A stretch of DNA of 64,000 nt from NCBI GenBank assembly GCA_000091205.1, contig AP006499.2, one strand, 5' to 3'. Below are positions 11,838-21,749 of this stretch, in pieces. Source of the stretch: Cyanidioschyzon merolae (Eukaryota). The notes under the pieces are model-generated. The model ran no database searches. It worked only from the letters and a program-made list of their open reading frames with translations, and was not told the origin of the DNA. A program made the position numbers and the translations under genes. Within the stretch, counting starts at the first letter, position 1. Each line of letters opens with the position of its first letter.

Positions 11838-12120
11838 ATGAATGCCGCTCACAGCACGTTGAGAGCAAGTGCGTATTTGGGCATCCCTAGCCTGTATATC
11901 AAAGCTCTGTCATACAAAAAAAGGAATGAACGCCGCTCATACCATGTTGAGAGCAAGTGCGCATCCGGGTATCCTTAGTCTGTGTCTCAACGCTCTGTCA
12001 TACAAAAAAAGGAATGAACGCCGCTCATACCATGTTGAGAGCAAGTGCGCATCCGGGTATCCTTAGTCTGTGTCTCAACGCTCTGTCATACAAAAAAGAA
12101 TAGACACCGCTCACAACGTT
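11838..12120. repeat. Minisatellite of about 3.3 tandem copies of a roughly 88-bp unit, starting tcatacaaaaaaaggaatgaacgccgctcataccatgttgagagcaagtgcgcatccgggtatcc.
   Basis: Near-identical unit copies start at 11910 and 11998. A degenerate copy precedes them at about 11838 and a partial copy follows at about 12085. The track ORF 11869..12066 is just the repeat read in frame. Confidence 0.85.
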
Positions 12121-12398
12121 CCAGTGAGTGCCGCCGTTGTCGGGCGCCGAATGCGAACAACCAGCAACCTGATTGGGATCTCCGCACGCCTGCACCTATG
12201 ACGCTACAATGAGCTGGTGCGTACGAGTGCTCGGGTCAAGCGTCGCTGCTGCTGCTGCTGCTGTTACTAACGCCGCGAAAAAGCAGTTTGCGTAAGCTTT
12301 TGGTACGCTGTGGACCAGCGCTCTGCTGTAGAGGCAGTGCGGTAGGCGTTGCTTCGAGCGGCCAGGGGTGCTGTTCGCCCAGACGATCACTGGTAAAT

Positions 12399-13400
12399 AT
12401 GAGCGGAGACTCGGGTCTCCCAGCGCCAGGTCGTCGAGCAGAGGGGGCACCCATTGGCGATGTAACCGCTCCTCTCCCAAGCGAAGTGAAGCATAGTGAA
12501 GGTCAATTCGATGAGAGTCGACTGGCATCCATCATCGCGCGACTGCAGGACTGGGATCAAAGTCTGAGTCGCCTCCGCCGGTTGTGTGCACTGCTAGAGT
12601 CCGAGGGCGAACAGGCACGTGGCGAGCTGTGGGCGCTCGCTGCCAGCACCGACTCGTTGGCAAACTCAGTTCGAGCGGATCTTGCGCTGCTGTCAACTGA
12701 ACAGGAAAAGAGCTTCATGAGGCCGGGCCAAGCTGGAGCCGTGCTCCGTCTCCACAAAGTTCGGCGAGACGTTGAGCGTCTCTCACGAGCACACGCGAAC
12801 GTCATGGAACTTATTCAAGATTTAGAGAGTGAGGTTTCAGAGTGGGGCATGGATACGCAGCCAGAACTGGAGGTCGTCGACCCACAAATACCAGCTGTAG
12901 CGCGGAGCGAGTACCAGCATCAGACAGTTGTCCCGAGTGGGCGCGCAGCGACGCAAACGACGCCAAAGCGGACCTCCCCAGCGACGTCACCGGACCGGGC
13001 AGAGCCGTACGGAACCTTTGAAACTGACCAGCGGCGCTCTGCTGCACAGACTGTACAAGTCGCAGCGGAATCGGAAGAGGCCCAGCTGCAAGCCCGCTAT
13101 GATGCCCAGTATGCAGTGCACGACATGCAAGAGCGGCAAACGCTCCTTCAACGCATCCAGAACAGCGTGCAGCAGGCGCACGCTATTTTTCTGGAGCTCG
13201 CATCTATGACGGAAGCGCAACAACAGCCTTTAGACGATATCGAAGCGCGGACGCAACGCGTGCGATGCGAACAGGAGAGTACCGCTGAAGAATGGGCACG
13301 ATTTGCCCGTCGACGCCGCACCCGACGTCGGTTTTGCTTCTGGTTCTCCATATGGATGACGCTGGTACTTCTGTTTACCATTTATGTGTTGTTCCACTGA
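12399..13400 (+). CDS. Syntaxin-like Qa-SNARE (t-SNARE) with a C-terminal tail anchor.
   Basis: SNARE heptad motif with a zero-layer Q (IFLELASMTEAQQQPLDDIEARTQRV) followed by RRRRTRRR and the TM helix FCFWFSIWMTLVLLFTIYVLF. The track ORF starts at TTG 12288; the first ATG is at 12399. Confidence 0.65.
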   Translation: MSGDSGLPAPGRRAEGAPIGDVTAPLPSEVKHSEGQFDESRLASIIARLQDWDQSLSRLRRLCALLESEGEQARGELWALAASTDSLANSVRADLALLSTEQEKSFMRPGQAGAVLRLHKVRRDVERLSRAHANVMELIQDLESEVSEWGMDTQPELEVVDPQIPAVARSEYQHQTVVPSGRAATQTTPKRTSPATSPDRAEPYGTFETDQRRSAAQTVQVAAESEEAQLQARYDAQYAVHDMQERQTLLQRIQNSVQQAHAIFLELASMTEAQQQPLDDIEARTQRVRCEQESTAEEWARFARRRRTRRRFCFWFSIWMTLVLLFTIYVLFH

Positions 13401-13758
13401 CGCATATGCGCATGCAGCCACTGAAGCAGGCCCTGTTGGGCTCAGATGATCTGAGTCATTCGGAACTGCAATGGCCTCCGAGCGAACGCACCTCCCTGTC
13501 GGACGGCTTTGAGCGGCGCGCATGCGGCAACAGCTGCAAGTGTTCTCGGATGGCATGCTGCTGCTTGTGACGTCTAGCGGCGGGCAGTAGTGCCAGTCTA
13601 GTACTTTTGTGTAGGTCGACGGCTGCCGCAGACTCATGAAGCTGTGTGACCCAAGTCACGATTTGTAACGGATACTGGACAGCGCACTCCAGGCGGCCAC
13701 CGAATCTCCGCAAAGTAGTCAGGACGACGGGACGTACAGTGCTGTGTGGCTGGAAGCG

Positions 13759-14415
13759 TTACGGCAACTGCAGTGCCCGAAGTCGTGCACTCAGATCGGC
13801 TTGCTCCTGTTGCAATCGTTTCCTCTCCTGGGCCTGAGCGAGGTCACGTTGTAAAAGTGGTAAAGTAGGGGCCGTTCCCAGCGCATGACTTAGCTCGAGG
13901 TTGTTCTCCTCTGCCGTTTGTCGAATAAGAAGAGCGACCTCATCCTCCTCGGGTGTCTGACTCGCAACCCCGGCGCTTACACGATCAAGTCCACTATTTA
14001 TGAGAACGTCGCGAACCTGGACGTCGTCCAAGCGATTCTCCAGGAGCTGAAGCGAACTCTCCAAGCGCTCCACGTCAAGCACGCGAATAGCGCTATCCAT
14101 GTCGGAGGCGAGAAGGCCCATTTCAGAGCCAATCTGGCCCAAGTCGCGCGCTGCTTTGAGACGTCCCACGACTGCGTCTAGACGAGCCGCCAGTCGCAGA
14201 TAGGTCGTGCGCTCTCTCGCTTTGCGAACAGCGCTCTCTGCAGAGACCACGCTCATCTCCGCGTTTCCCGACTTGAGCGCTGCCTTGAGCTGCTCCACGT
14301 ACCGCTCTCTCTCGCGTTGGCAACGGTTTGCTTGACGTCGCAAGTGTTTTTCCAAGAGAAGCAGCTTGAAAATATGCTCTTGGTATCTTTTTGAGGACGA
14401 CTGGGCGAGTCCCAT
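13759..14415 (-). CDS. CHMP1: ESCRT-III subunit CHMP1/Did2 (Snf7 family).
   Basis: 218 aa. Colinear with CHMP1: EKHL..Q...C.RE, MSVVSAESAVRKARE..YLRLAARLDAV, and a C-terminal MIM-like LSARLRALQ. Confidence 0.8.
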   Translation of the reverse strand: MGLAQSSSKRYQEHIFKLLLLEKHLRRQANRCQRERERYVEQLKAALKSGNAEMSVVSAESAVRKARERTTYLRLAARLDAVVGRLKAARDLGQIGSEMGLLASDMDSAIRVLDVERLESSLQLLENRLDDVQVRDVLINSGLDRVSAGVASQTPEEDEVALLIRQTAEENNLELSHALGTAPTLPLLQRDLAQAQERKRLQQEQADLSARLRALQLP

Positions 14416-15232
14416 GTTTTAGGAAACAACCAAGAAAAGTTGCAGGAGAAACAAATGAGCGCACACGTGTGCTGTCTCCGAACACCGCTCCGGTACCAGC
14501 CCCATCGTTTGCGAACGGCCGCCTCTGGACAGCAGCGGCAACGGACAGCAGCGGCTAGATGGAGCGCTAAGAATCGGCCTTAACTGAGCGCGTTGATTTT
14601 TTCGATGACAAAACGTTTCACATGGGCCATGGATCTCATATCGCGGGACGGATCATGGTAATCAAAAAACGTGTATCATACTGCCACACGCTACCTCCGA
14701 GTCCCATTACTTATACTTCCCTCGGATATACTGATGGTTTCGTATGTTCTATCGATCGCCGATTACCTGCCGTGAGCACCCGCCGTAGCGCGTATACCAC
14801 CGATACGGATGCTGCACGGAGACAGAACGGCGTTGCGATACCACTGAGGGCGTCGGATCGATGTGTTTTTATAGGACATGGAATCGGAATCCCTTGCCAT
14901 TCTGGGAGCTTGCCGCAGCGGGGAGCGATATACCAGAAGACCACCGCGACCAGGGCGACGCTAAGACGCAGCATACCCACTCCTTGTTCCAGAAGAAACT
15001 GCGTTGTGGACGAGTTGCTCGGGTTTCGCTAAAGCAACAGCCAATGGGGCGATCATGCAACACAGGCCCGATAGACTCGTCCGGCTCGCGGGACCTTCCG
15101 CCCCGGGGGTAAACTATCGGCAATAAAGAAAGCCTTCCCCATTTTAACTGTTATCGCACAGGGGGAAGCAATCGTAATTTCGTTGCCAGTTAACGATTCG
15201 TTTCTGTTCCTTGTTCTATGCGGTGCGGTTGA

Positions 15233-17116
15233 GCAGCGCACCTGGAGATCTGGCGGTCACGAGATCGCGAAAAATATCGCACCTACCGCTTCAACCTTAG
15301 TCGATACGAGGGTGACCAGGATATTTACACCTACGGGGCCGTGAAGTACCTCACGAATCTGAAGAACCATTTGACGATGAACCTTGAATGTTTCATGATA
15401 CGCGCCGTGTTTGCGCTTTACGCGGGTATCTCTTGCAAGGGGATATGGGCGATTATCAATGGCATCACGAACGGTCGCAGGTATGAAGATGAGGTCGCAT
15501 TCGTGGACATGAGGGTATCAAACGGCAGCACGAATGAAGCTTCTGTGATCCGTGCGGTTATACAAGAGCACCGTGCGGTACTGGGGTTGGCGAATCCAAC
15601 AGACAAGATATCAGCGTTGAAAAAAAGATAAGGAAAGATACTATCGCCTCGTCCTGCGCTATTTTGTGTTTCTGGACCGAGAACTCGAACGCAAGGCACA
15701 GGTGGAGCTAAGTGAGGAAAAAAATGAAGAGTGGGAGAGACGGAAGGCTGCGCTTCTGGGGAAGCGCTTCAACGTGGTTCCAATGTGCAACATCAAGTCA
15801 CATTTTATGACTATCGGCTCCGGTGTCCTCTACGGCATCATGAGGGAGATCAGTCCCGAGTTTGATGTTAGCAGGGAGGAGTTCTCCGGTGAAGTCCGGG
15901 AGACGTACTGGAAAAATATCTTCAATTTCAAACGTCTCAAAATGAGTAAACAAAAGGTATTCACTGGAATGATCGAAACCGATGGGTAGCCATATGTGTA
16001 CACTATCGGCGATTGAAGGCAGATCGTCCAGTTCCGCCCTCAGCTGCGCCCGTGACGAAGGATGCAGAAAACAAAGAGGCGGATTCTGCGACGCAGGAGG
16101 TCGAGGATTACGACCTTGTCGTTGACGCGGGGAAGGATGATGATGAGAAGAATGCGGATCCTGTGATGCAGAAAGTGCAGGATAACGACTTTGTCGTTGG
16201 CGCGGACCCTGGGAATACGAATATCATGAACATTGCAGTACCCAGGCGTGGGGAAGATGGTACTGACGGTAATTTACGTCAGAAAGACATGCGTTTTTTC
16301 AGGTTCTCGAGAGCGAGATACTATCGGGAATCGGGAATCATGAATGCGAGGAAACAATTCGAGATATGGAATGCAGGAGTGAAGGATCACCTGGAAGCGA
16401 TGAGCGAGGTGACTAGCCGAGGAGAGGACTTTAAAGCTTTTCGGAAATTCATAGAAGTTCGCATGGCGCACTGGGATGCGCTATGAGAGGAGTATACCAA
16501 GCCCCGGTGGGCTCGTCTGCGTATGAATCTGTACTCTGGGAGGCAGCGGGCATTTGCCAACTTTTCCAATGAGTTGAGTGCCCTGAAGGACGACGAGGGT
16601 CAGAGGCTCGTTGTAGCATACGGAGCAGGGCACTGGAAGACCCAAAAAGGGACTACGGCAGCTCCAACAACAAGAACGTACAAAGAGTGTGCGCAGCGTT
16701 TGGTTACAGTATCGATCGTTGAGTTCCGAACGTCCTATACACACCATGAGCTAGGGTGTATACTTCAGAAGGTGGAGATGGAAAAGTGCCAGAGGAGCCC
16801 TGAGGATATGAAAAAGTACGGACCGCTGACGGAGGAGCAAATGGAAAGGAGAGCGAAATTTCGTGGACTACTTGCATTAGTGAGTACAACCACCAACGGC
16901 ACGAAACGTACGGATTTTGTGAACCGAGACTTTAACGCCGCTGTCAATAAAAGGAGATGTGCGGTGCTGGAAAGTAGACCTTCAGAGCTGACAAGAGAGA
17001 ACTTTGTTGGACAATCTCGAAAATATGAACTATACGAGAAAAAATTGGAAGCAGTAGTGGGTGGCCGGTCCAAAAAGACCGGGAGGCGACTGCACCTCGG
17101 GAAGCGTCTTGTCTAG
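15233..17116 (+). pseudogene. TnpB/Fanzor-like RNA-guided RuvC nuclease gene, copy A. It is disrupted by two frame changes and one in-frame TGA, so is treated as a decayed gene.
   Basis: Conceptual reading across the frame 2 -> frame 0 -> frame 2 segments gives about 628 aa. Motifs are Ruv[20 protein letters not shown], RuvC-II region QRLVVAYGAGHWK, a degenerate zinc-finger region VEFRTSYTHHELGC and RuvC-III FVNRDFNAAVNKRR. The first frame change lies in an A7 run (15618-15624). There is an in-frame TGA at 16484-16486. Confidence 0.6.
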
Positions 17117-17190
17117 GGCGGGCTTCTCGCCACTACTGTACACCGGGCGCGACTCGTGCGGAACGCTCACTCACTCTCTCTGGAACCTGT
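15255..17190 (+). mobile_element. Fanzor/TnpB-like element, copy A (about 1.9 kb). It ends 75 bp upstream of the TFB5 start codon.
   Basis: An imperfect inverted 11-12-mer bounds it: cacgagatcgcg at 15258, and cgcgactcgtg at 17153-17163 on the other strand. The ends are homologous to the ends of copy D. Confidence 0.5.
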
Positions 17191-17454
17191 ATGGTTCATG
17201 CGACCAAAGGGTACCTGGTGCGCTGTGATGTACCGATGAAACAACTGCTGCTTCACTTGGATCGAGAAGAACACTTCATCATCTGTGATCTCGATGAAAA
17301 ACACCTTTTCGTGAAGGAGGACGCGTTGTCGCTGATCCAGCAGAGCGTGGAAGCGCTCTACGATGAAGTATACTATGGGCCCCAAGAGCCCGGACCCCGA
17401 CGGCAGCGGGCAGGCGCTTCTACTGGAACCGGAACGCAAGAGTCGCTAGACTAG
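17191..17454 (+). CDS. GTF2H5: General transcription factor IIH subunit 5 (p8/TTDA/Tfb5).
   Basis: MVHATKGYLVRCDVPMKQLLLHLDREEHFIICDLDEKHLFVK aligns with human p8 [25 protein letters not shown]...FIIQDIDDTHVFV. Confidence 0.75.
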   Translation: MVHATKGYLVRCDVPMKQLLLHLDREEHFIICDLDEKHLFVKEDALSLIQQSVEALYDEVYYGPQEPGPRRQRAGASTGTGTQESLD

Positions 17455-17788
17455 AAGCGCGGCCCCTGTTGGACGAACGAGGCTCCTCGGCAGCGAAGCA
17501 CGCGTTGTCGCAACGAGCCGTAAGACTTTTCGTGGGACACCAGTCAGGTGAAGTATGCGCAGCGCCAGTGCCCCCAAACCAGCGCCTAGTTATGAGCCCG
17601 CAGCACTGCATAGCCTGCGAGCATTCAATCAATGGACGCAGGGTCTTAGTTTTGAGCTCGTCTTCCCTGAGCCTTGGAACGGACTAGGGCGCCGACCTGC
17701 GGTCGCCTCGAAGAGACAGCCACCTGGCCAATCGGTAGAGATGGTGGATTCCCCATATACTCGCATACGTTGAACGCAGTTGTAGTCG

Positions 17789-20700
17789 CTAGGACTGCTT
17801 CGAATGGAGCGCAACTGGGTTCATTTTCAGCTGAGCGCCCAACAACTCAGATGTTAGCGCGGTACGCTCTGCCTCATACGGAGACGGGACGGAGACGCGG
17901 AGCAGGCGTAACATGCCGACGACAGCCCAGAGACGACTCCGTAGATTGCGCTTCGAAGACTCGCTCCAGAGAGAAGATTGCCCATAGATTGCCTGTTGAA
18001 TTCGAGCGCTTTCTCGAGTGCATGCGCACAGGTCCATTCGCTGTAAAGCCACTGCTGCATGGCAGAAAACGCGGAATCGCCTCCGAGACTGGGCACAGCG
18101 ATCCTTCAGCTGGACGGAGGTCGCCGCGCTGGTTCCCATCCTACTACTTCCACTGCTGCCACCGTGGGCATCATCTTGCGCATTGGATATCGTGGGTAGT
18201 GCTGCGGTTATCTGTGCAAAACCCGAATCCGCTGGTGCCGCAGCGGACTGCGGTTCGTTGCCCATTGGAGCATCGCCCAGCCGATAGTTGGTGCCGGCTT
18301 GGTAGCGTCTCAAGTTCCGTTGCATGAGCTGGTGGCAAAGTGCTTGCCACAGGCGACCCGGTTGATGAACCCATGAGACTGGGCACAAGCGAGTCAGGAA
18401 ACCTATAGGCAGCTCGAGGCCGGCAATCAGGAGACCTGCACCCCACTGAGCGCCCGACAGATTCACGATGCCGACTGACTGGCCAACCGCAGTGCGACCG
18501 AGCACCTCCACAAGGACAACCTGTATGACAGCGGAACCGAAAACAATGCATAGGAAGAGACGTGCGCGACCGATACCTTCGAAAACATGCCGTTCGGCAA
18601 TGCGTCGACTGTTCAGCTCTGATACAAGTTGCAGGAATACAAATGTGTTAAAGATAAATCCATTTCGCTGTAGCGTCTGACCACCGCAAGGATCCGAAGA
18701 CGTAGAAACCGCGTAACAAGGAATATGGAACAATGGAACCGTCACGAATAACAACGTTATCATCACCGCAAGTTGATACAGCGCGATGCCGAGCATGTTC
18801 CGCACCATGGCGGGCGTTATGAGCGGCGCGTTCCGGCCTTGTGGTGGCTGCTGCATGAGTGCGCTACGTGGTGCCTCTGTGGCCAGGGCGAGCGCTCCAA
18901 ATGAATCCATCACTACATTGACCCATAGAAGGGGCACTGTGGACAGCGGTAGCGTCATGCCGGCACACGCGCTGAACAGGTCGAGCGTCACCGCAACAAT
19001 ATTCACAGTCAGCTGAAACTGTAAAAATTTGCGAATGTTCTCCAACACATTCCGACCCCAGAGTACCGCAGCAACAATAGACCCGAGTCGATCGTCCAAC
19101 AGCACCACATCAGCAGCCTCTTTCGCGAGCTCTGTACCAGACACACCCATTCCGAAGCCTATATCGGCTTCACGCAGGGCAGGCGCGTCGTTGCTTCCGT
19201 CCCCGGTTACCGCCACGACTTGTTCGAGCGCTCGAAAAAGTTGCACCAATTCGAGCTTATCTGCCGGGGTTGCACGTGCGAGCACGCGCATTCGCATCGA
19301 AACATTTTGCTGAACGGCACGAGGTAGTTGGCGAAATGCGGCCGCATCCCATACCAGCTGCACTGGGGAGGATCCCGGCTCTAGCAGCTCTGCCGCCTGT
19401 GCAATCTGCGTCGCCGTTTGCACACTATCTCCAGTGACCATACGAACGAAGACACCGGCCTGTTGCAGTGCCCGCACCGACGCGGCGGTATCGGGTCGTA
19501 GCGGATCGCTCATTCCGAAAATGCCCAGCAGAATCAATTCCGTTTCAGGCGGTTCGTTCACACCCGGGAGGTTCCCTGTCTCTGCCGGTTGCTGTTGGTC
19601 CCAGAACGCAACCAGGAGCATTCTGAGTCCCTGCTCCGCAAAAGCTTCCATCGCACTGCGGTACGCGTTGCGCTTGGACCAACTCATTCGCGTCAATGCT
19701 CCGGTACGGCAATTCATTTCGAGGACACAACGCTCGAGCAGCTGATCGGGGGCTCCTTTCACGTGCAAGCGTTCCAAACGACCGTCTGGTGCGAGCTGCT
19801 CAATGCTGCACATTTGCTTGCGAGTGCTGTTGAAGAGGTAGACACGACGGAGCGAGGAAGCGGCGCGCAGCTCCCGATACGAAATTCCCATGCGATGCAG
19901 CAGCTCCAAGAGCGCACATTCCGTGCGGTTGCCAATGTACTCCACAGTGCCATTCTGTTGATCACGCAAGTCAGCTTGGCTATTGATGGCGATACAACTA
20001 GCTAACAAGCGAAGATAGATGGGTGAAATGGTGCGCCGCTGCAGCAGATCGCTCAGCGAGCCCGCCGGTAGCGCAGCCTCCGTTACTCGGAGCTGATTCC
20101 AAGTCATTGTACCAGTTTTGTCAATGTTGAGCTGCGTTGCAGAGCCCATCGTTTCGCAGGCTTCCAGACGACGCACCAGTATGTTCTCTTTCATCATTTG
20201 ACGCATGGCAAAGGCCAGACTCAGCACGACGGCAAGCGGGAGTCCCTCGGGGATGGCGACAACCGCGATCGCTATCGCGGCAGTGATACTCTCCGTGAGT
20301 TTCATAATAGGCCATGAGCCGCTCCGAATGGAATCTACCAACCAGCGAATAAAGAGCACGCCAAACACGAGGAACGCTAGACCCAGTCCAATGTAACCGA
20401 TGGAGCGGGCGAGACGGTTCAGTCGAACCTGGAGTGGCGTCTGTGGTGGCGTTGGGCGCAGGCTTGTCAACAGCTGGCCCCAGACTGAGTTCATGCCCAC
20501 TGCAACAGTGAGCATGGTACCGAATCCACTCGTAACGATGGTTCCCGATAGCACGAAAATGTCCGCTTCTTCATGTACCGATGGTGGAGCAGGCGATACG
20601 TCGTCGCCATCTGCATGCAGCTGTATAGTAGCAGTCGTCTTAGCAGCATTACTTGCCGCGGCGGCGGCGGCAGCAGCAGCAGGCCTATCGAATGCACCTG

Positions 20701-21376
20701 TCTTGGACACTGGGACACTTTCCCCGGTCAAGGTGGATTCATCACAGGCGAAATCAGTTCCCTGTAAAAGGATCCCATCCGCGGGTACCTTGTCGCCAGC
20801 GGAAAGCTTGATGAGGTCGCCAACGAGAACCCCAGGGGCATCCACAAGACGCACTTCGCCTCCGCGGAGGATTCTTACGGGGAACGCGTCCTTCACCGCA
20901 TTAAGGGACCGGAAGCGGCGCTCTCGCTGCAATGCAATCGTCGCATCAAGGCAGACAACCAGTACAACAACCACGAGGATAGCACACCCATCCAGATATC
21001 CGTAGCGGGTACGTTCTGACGGCAGCGCCAGGCCCAGCACCAAACTGATCAGCGCGGCACCAGTCAGCAACACGAGGGTGACGTCGTTCCAGGCCGCGAA
21101 AACGAGTCGCAGAAAACTCGGTGGAGGTGCGTACTTTAGAAGATTCGCCCCAAAGTACTGCTGGCGAGCCACAACGCTCTCTGGATCGATACCTCGCTGC
21201 AGGTCGACTCGGAGCCGACGGGCGAGCTGCGTAACACCACCAAGCGCCTCCAAGTCGCGCAACGTACGGTGCTTGGTGAGCGGCACAAGCTCGCTCACCG
21301 TAATACGGAAGAATGCTTCGTCTTCTCTCTCGTTGCCGCGTTCAAGGTCAGCGTTGGTGACGTCAAACTGCTCCAT
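17789..21376 (-). CDS. P-type Ca2+-transporting ATPase, type IIB (PMCA/ACA-like).
   Basis: DKTGTMT phosphorylation motif, PEGLPLAV in TM4, GDGSNDAPAL hinge and KGAPD. The track ORF starts at TTG 21400; the first ATG is at 21376 (MEQFDVTNADL...). A poly-Ala insert and an approximately 200-aa C-terminal tail follow TM10. Confidence 0.85.
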   Translation of the reverse strand: MEQFDVTNADLERGNEREDEAFFRITVSELVPLTKHRTLRDLEALGGVTQLARRLRVDLQRGIDPESVVARQQYFGANLLKYAPPPSFLRLVFAAWNDVTLVLLTGAALISLVLGLALPSERTRYGYLDGCAILVVVVLVVCLDATIALQRERRFRSLNAVKDAFPVRILRGGEVRLVDAPGVLVGDLIKLSAGDKVPADGILLQGTDFACDESTLTGESVPVSKTGAFDRPAAAAAAAAASNAAKTTATIQLHADGDDVSPAPPSVHEEADIFVLSGTIVTSGFGTMLTVAVGMNSVWGQLLTSLRPTPPQTPLQVRLNRLARSIGYIGLGLAFLVFGVLFIRWLVDSIRSGSWPIMKLTESITAAIAIAVVAIPEGLPLAVVLSLAFAMRQMMKENILVRRLEACETMGSATQLNIDKTGTMTWNQLRVTEAALPAGSLSDLLQRRTISPIYLRLLASCIAINSQADLRDQQNGTVEYIGNRTECALLELLHRMGISYRELRAASSLRRVYLFNSTRKQMCSIEQLAPDGRLERLHVKGAPDQLLERCVLEMNCRTGALTRMSWSKRNAYRSAMEAFAEQGLRMLLVAFWDQQQPAETGNLPGVNEPPETELILLGIFGMSDPLRPDTAASVRALQQAGVFVRMVTGDSVQTATQIAQAAELLEPGSSPVQLVWDAAAFRQLPRAVQQNVSMRMRVLARATPADKLELVQLFRALEQVVAVTGDGSNDAPALREADIGFGMGVSGTELAKEAADVVLLDDRLGSIVAAVLWGRNVLENIRKFLQFQLTVNIVAVTLDLFSACAGMTLPLSTVPLLWVNVVMDSFGALALATEAPRSALMQQPPQGRNAPLITPAMVRNMLGIALYQLAVMITLLFVTVPLFHIPCYAVSTSSDPCGGQTLQRNGFIFNTFVFLQLVSELNSRRIAERHVFEGIGRARLFLCIVFGSAVIQVVLVEVLGRTAVGQSVGIVNLSGAQWGAGLLIAGLELPIGFLTRLCPVSWVHQPGRLWQALCHQLMQRNLRRYQAGTNYRLGDAPMGNEPQSAAAPADSGFAQITAALPTISNAQDDAHGGSSGSSRMGTSAATSVQLKDRCAQSRRRFRVFCHAAVALQRMDLCACTRESARIQQAIYGQSSLWSESSKRNLRSRLWAVVGMLRLLRVSVPSPYEAERTALTSELLGAQLKMNPVALHSKQS

Positions 21377-21749
21377 TCTCTTCTCGAGGTCTTTGCACAA
21401 GCGGCTTCGTTGCTGTCCACGGAACGGTGCGTTGTTCGCTCCAAAAACGTCAGCTGGGTGCGCCGTGCAGCCGCAGACCCTTATGGACAGCGCCGTTGGA
21501 CTGAACGTCTCAGTTTTTCAGCTGAAACTGACGTGGAAGGCGGCCTTTCTTATCCGTTATGTGATCGGGTCTTTGAAAAGCACGGCACTCTATGACGCCT
21601 TCCATGTCTGCCACCAGAGCGACTACATCATGACATTATTATGGTGCTGGCTTCGAAACTGTGCTTCCGGGGTTGAACTTTCGATTATGGCACGTGCATG
21701 GAAATCGTTGGATGCATCAGTCGCAAACGCGAGAGATGTATAGACTTCC

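Noticed and set aside
12288-12398. N-terminal 37 codons of the syntaxin track ORF (MRKLLVRCGPALCCRGSAVGVASSGQGCCSPRRSLVN), and similar extensions on the Sec24, Ca-ATPase, DEAH helicase, V-ATPase H and SecA ORFs.
   Set aside because: The track begins ORFs at TTG or GTG. A eukaryotic nuclear gene should start at ATG, so the starts were moved to the first in-frame ATG consistent with the homologues.
15956-15989. Possible mini-intron (gtattc...gggtag, 33 nt) that could join Fanzor-like segments 2 and 3.
   Set aside because: It is far too short for a spliceosomal intron, and removing it creates an immediate stop codon. The frame change is better explained by an indel.
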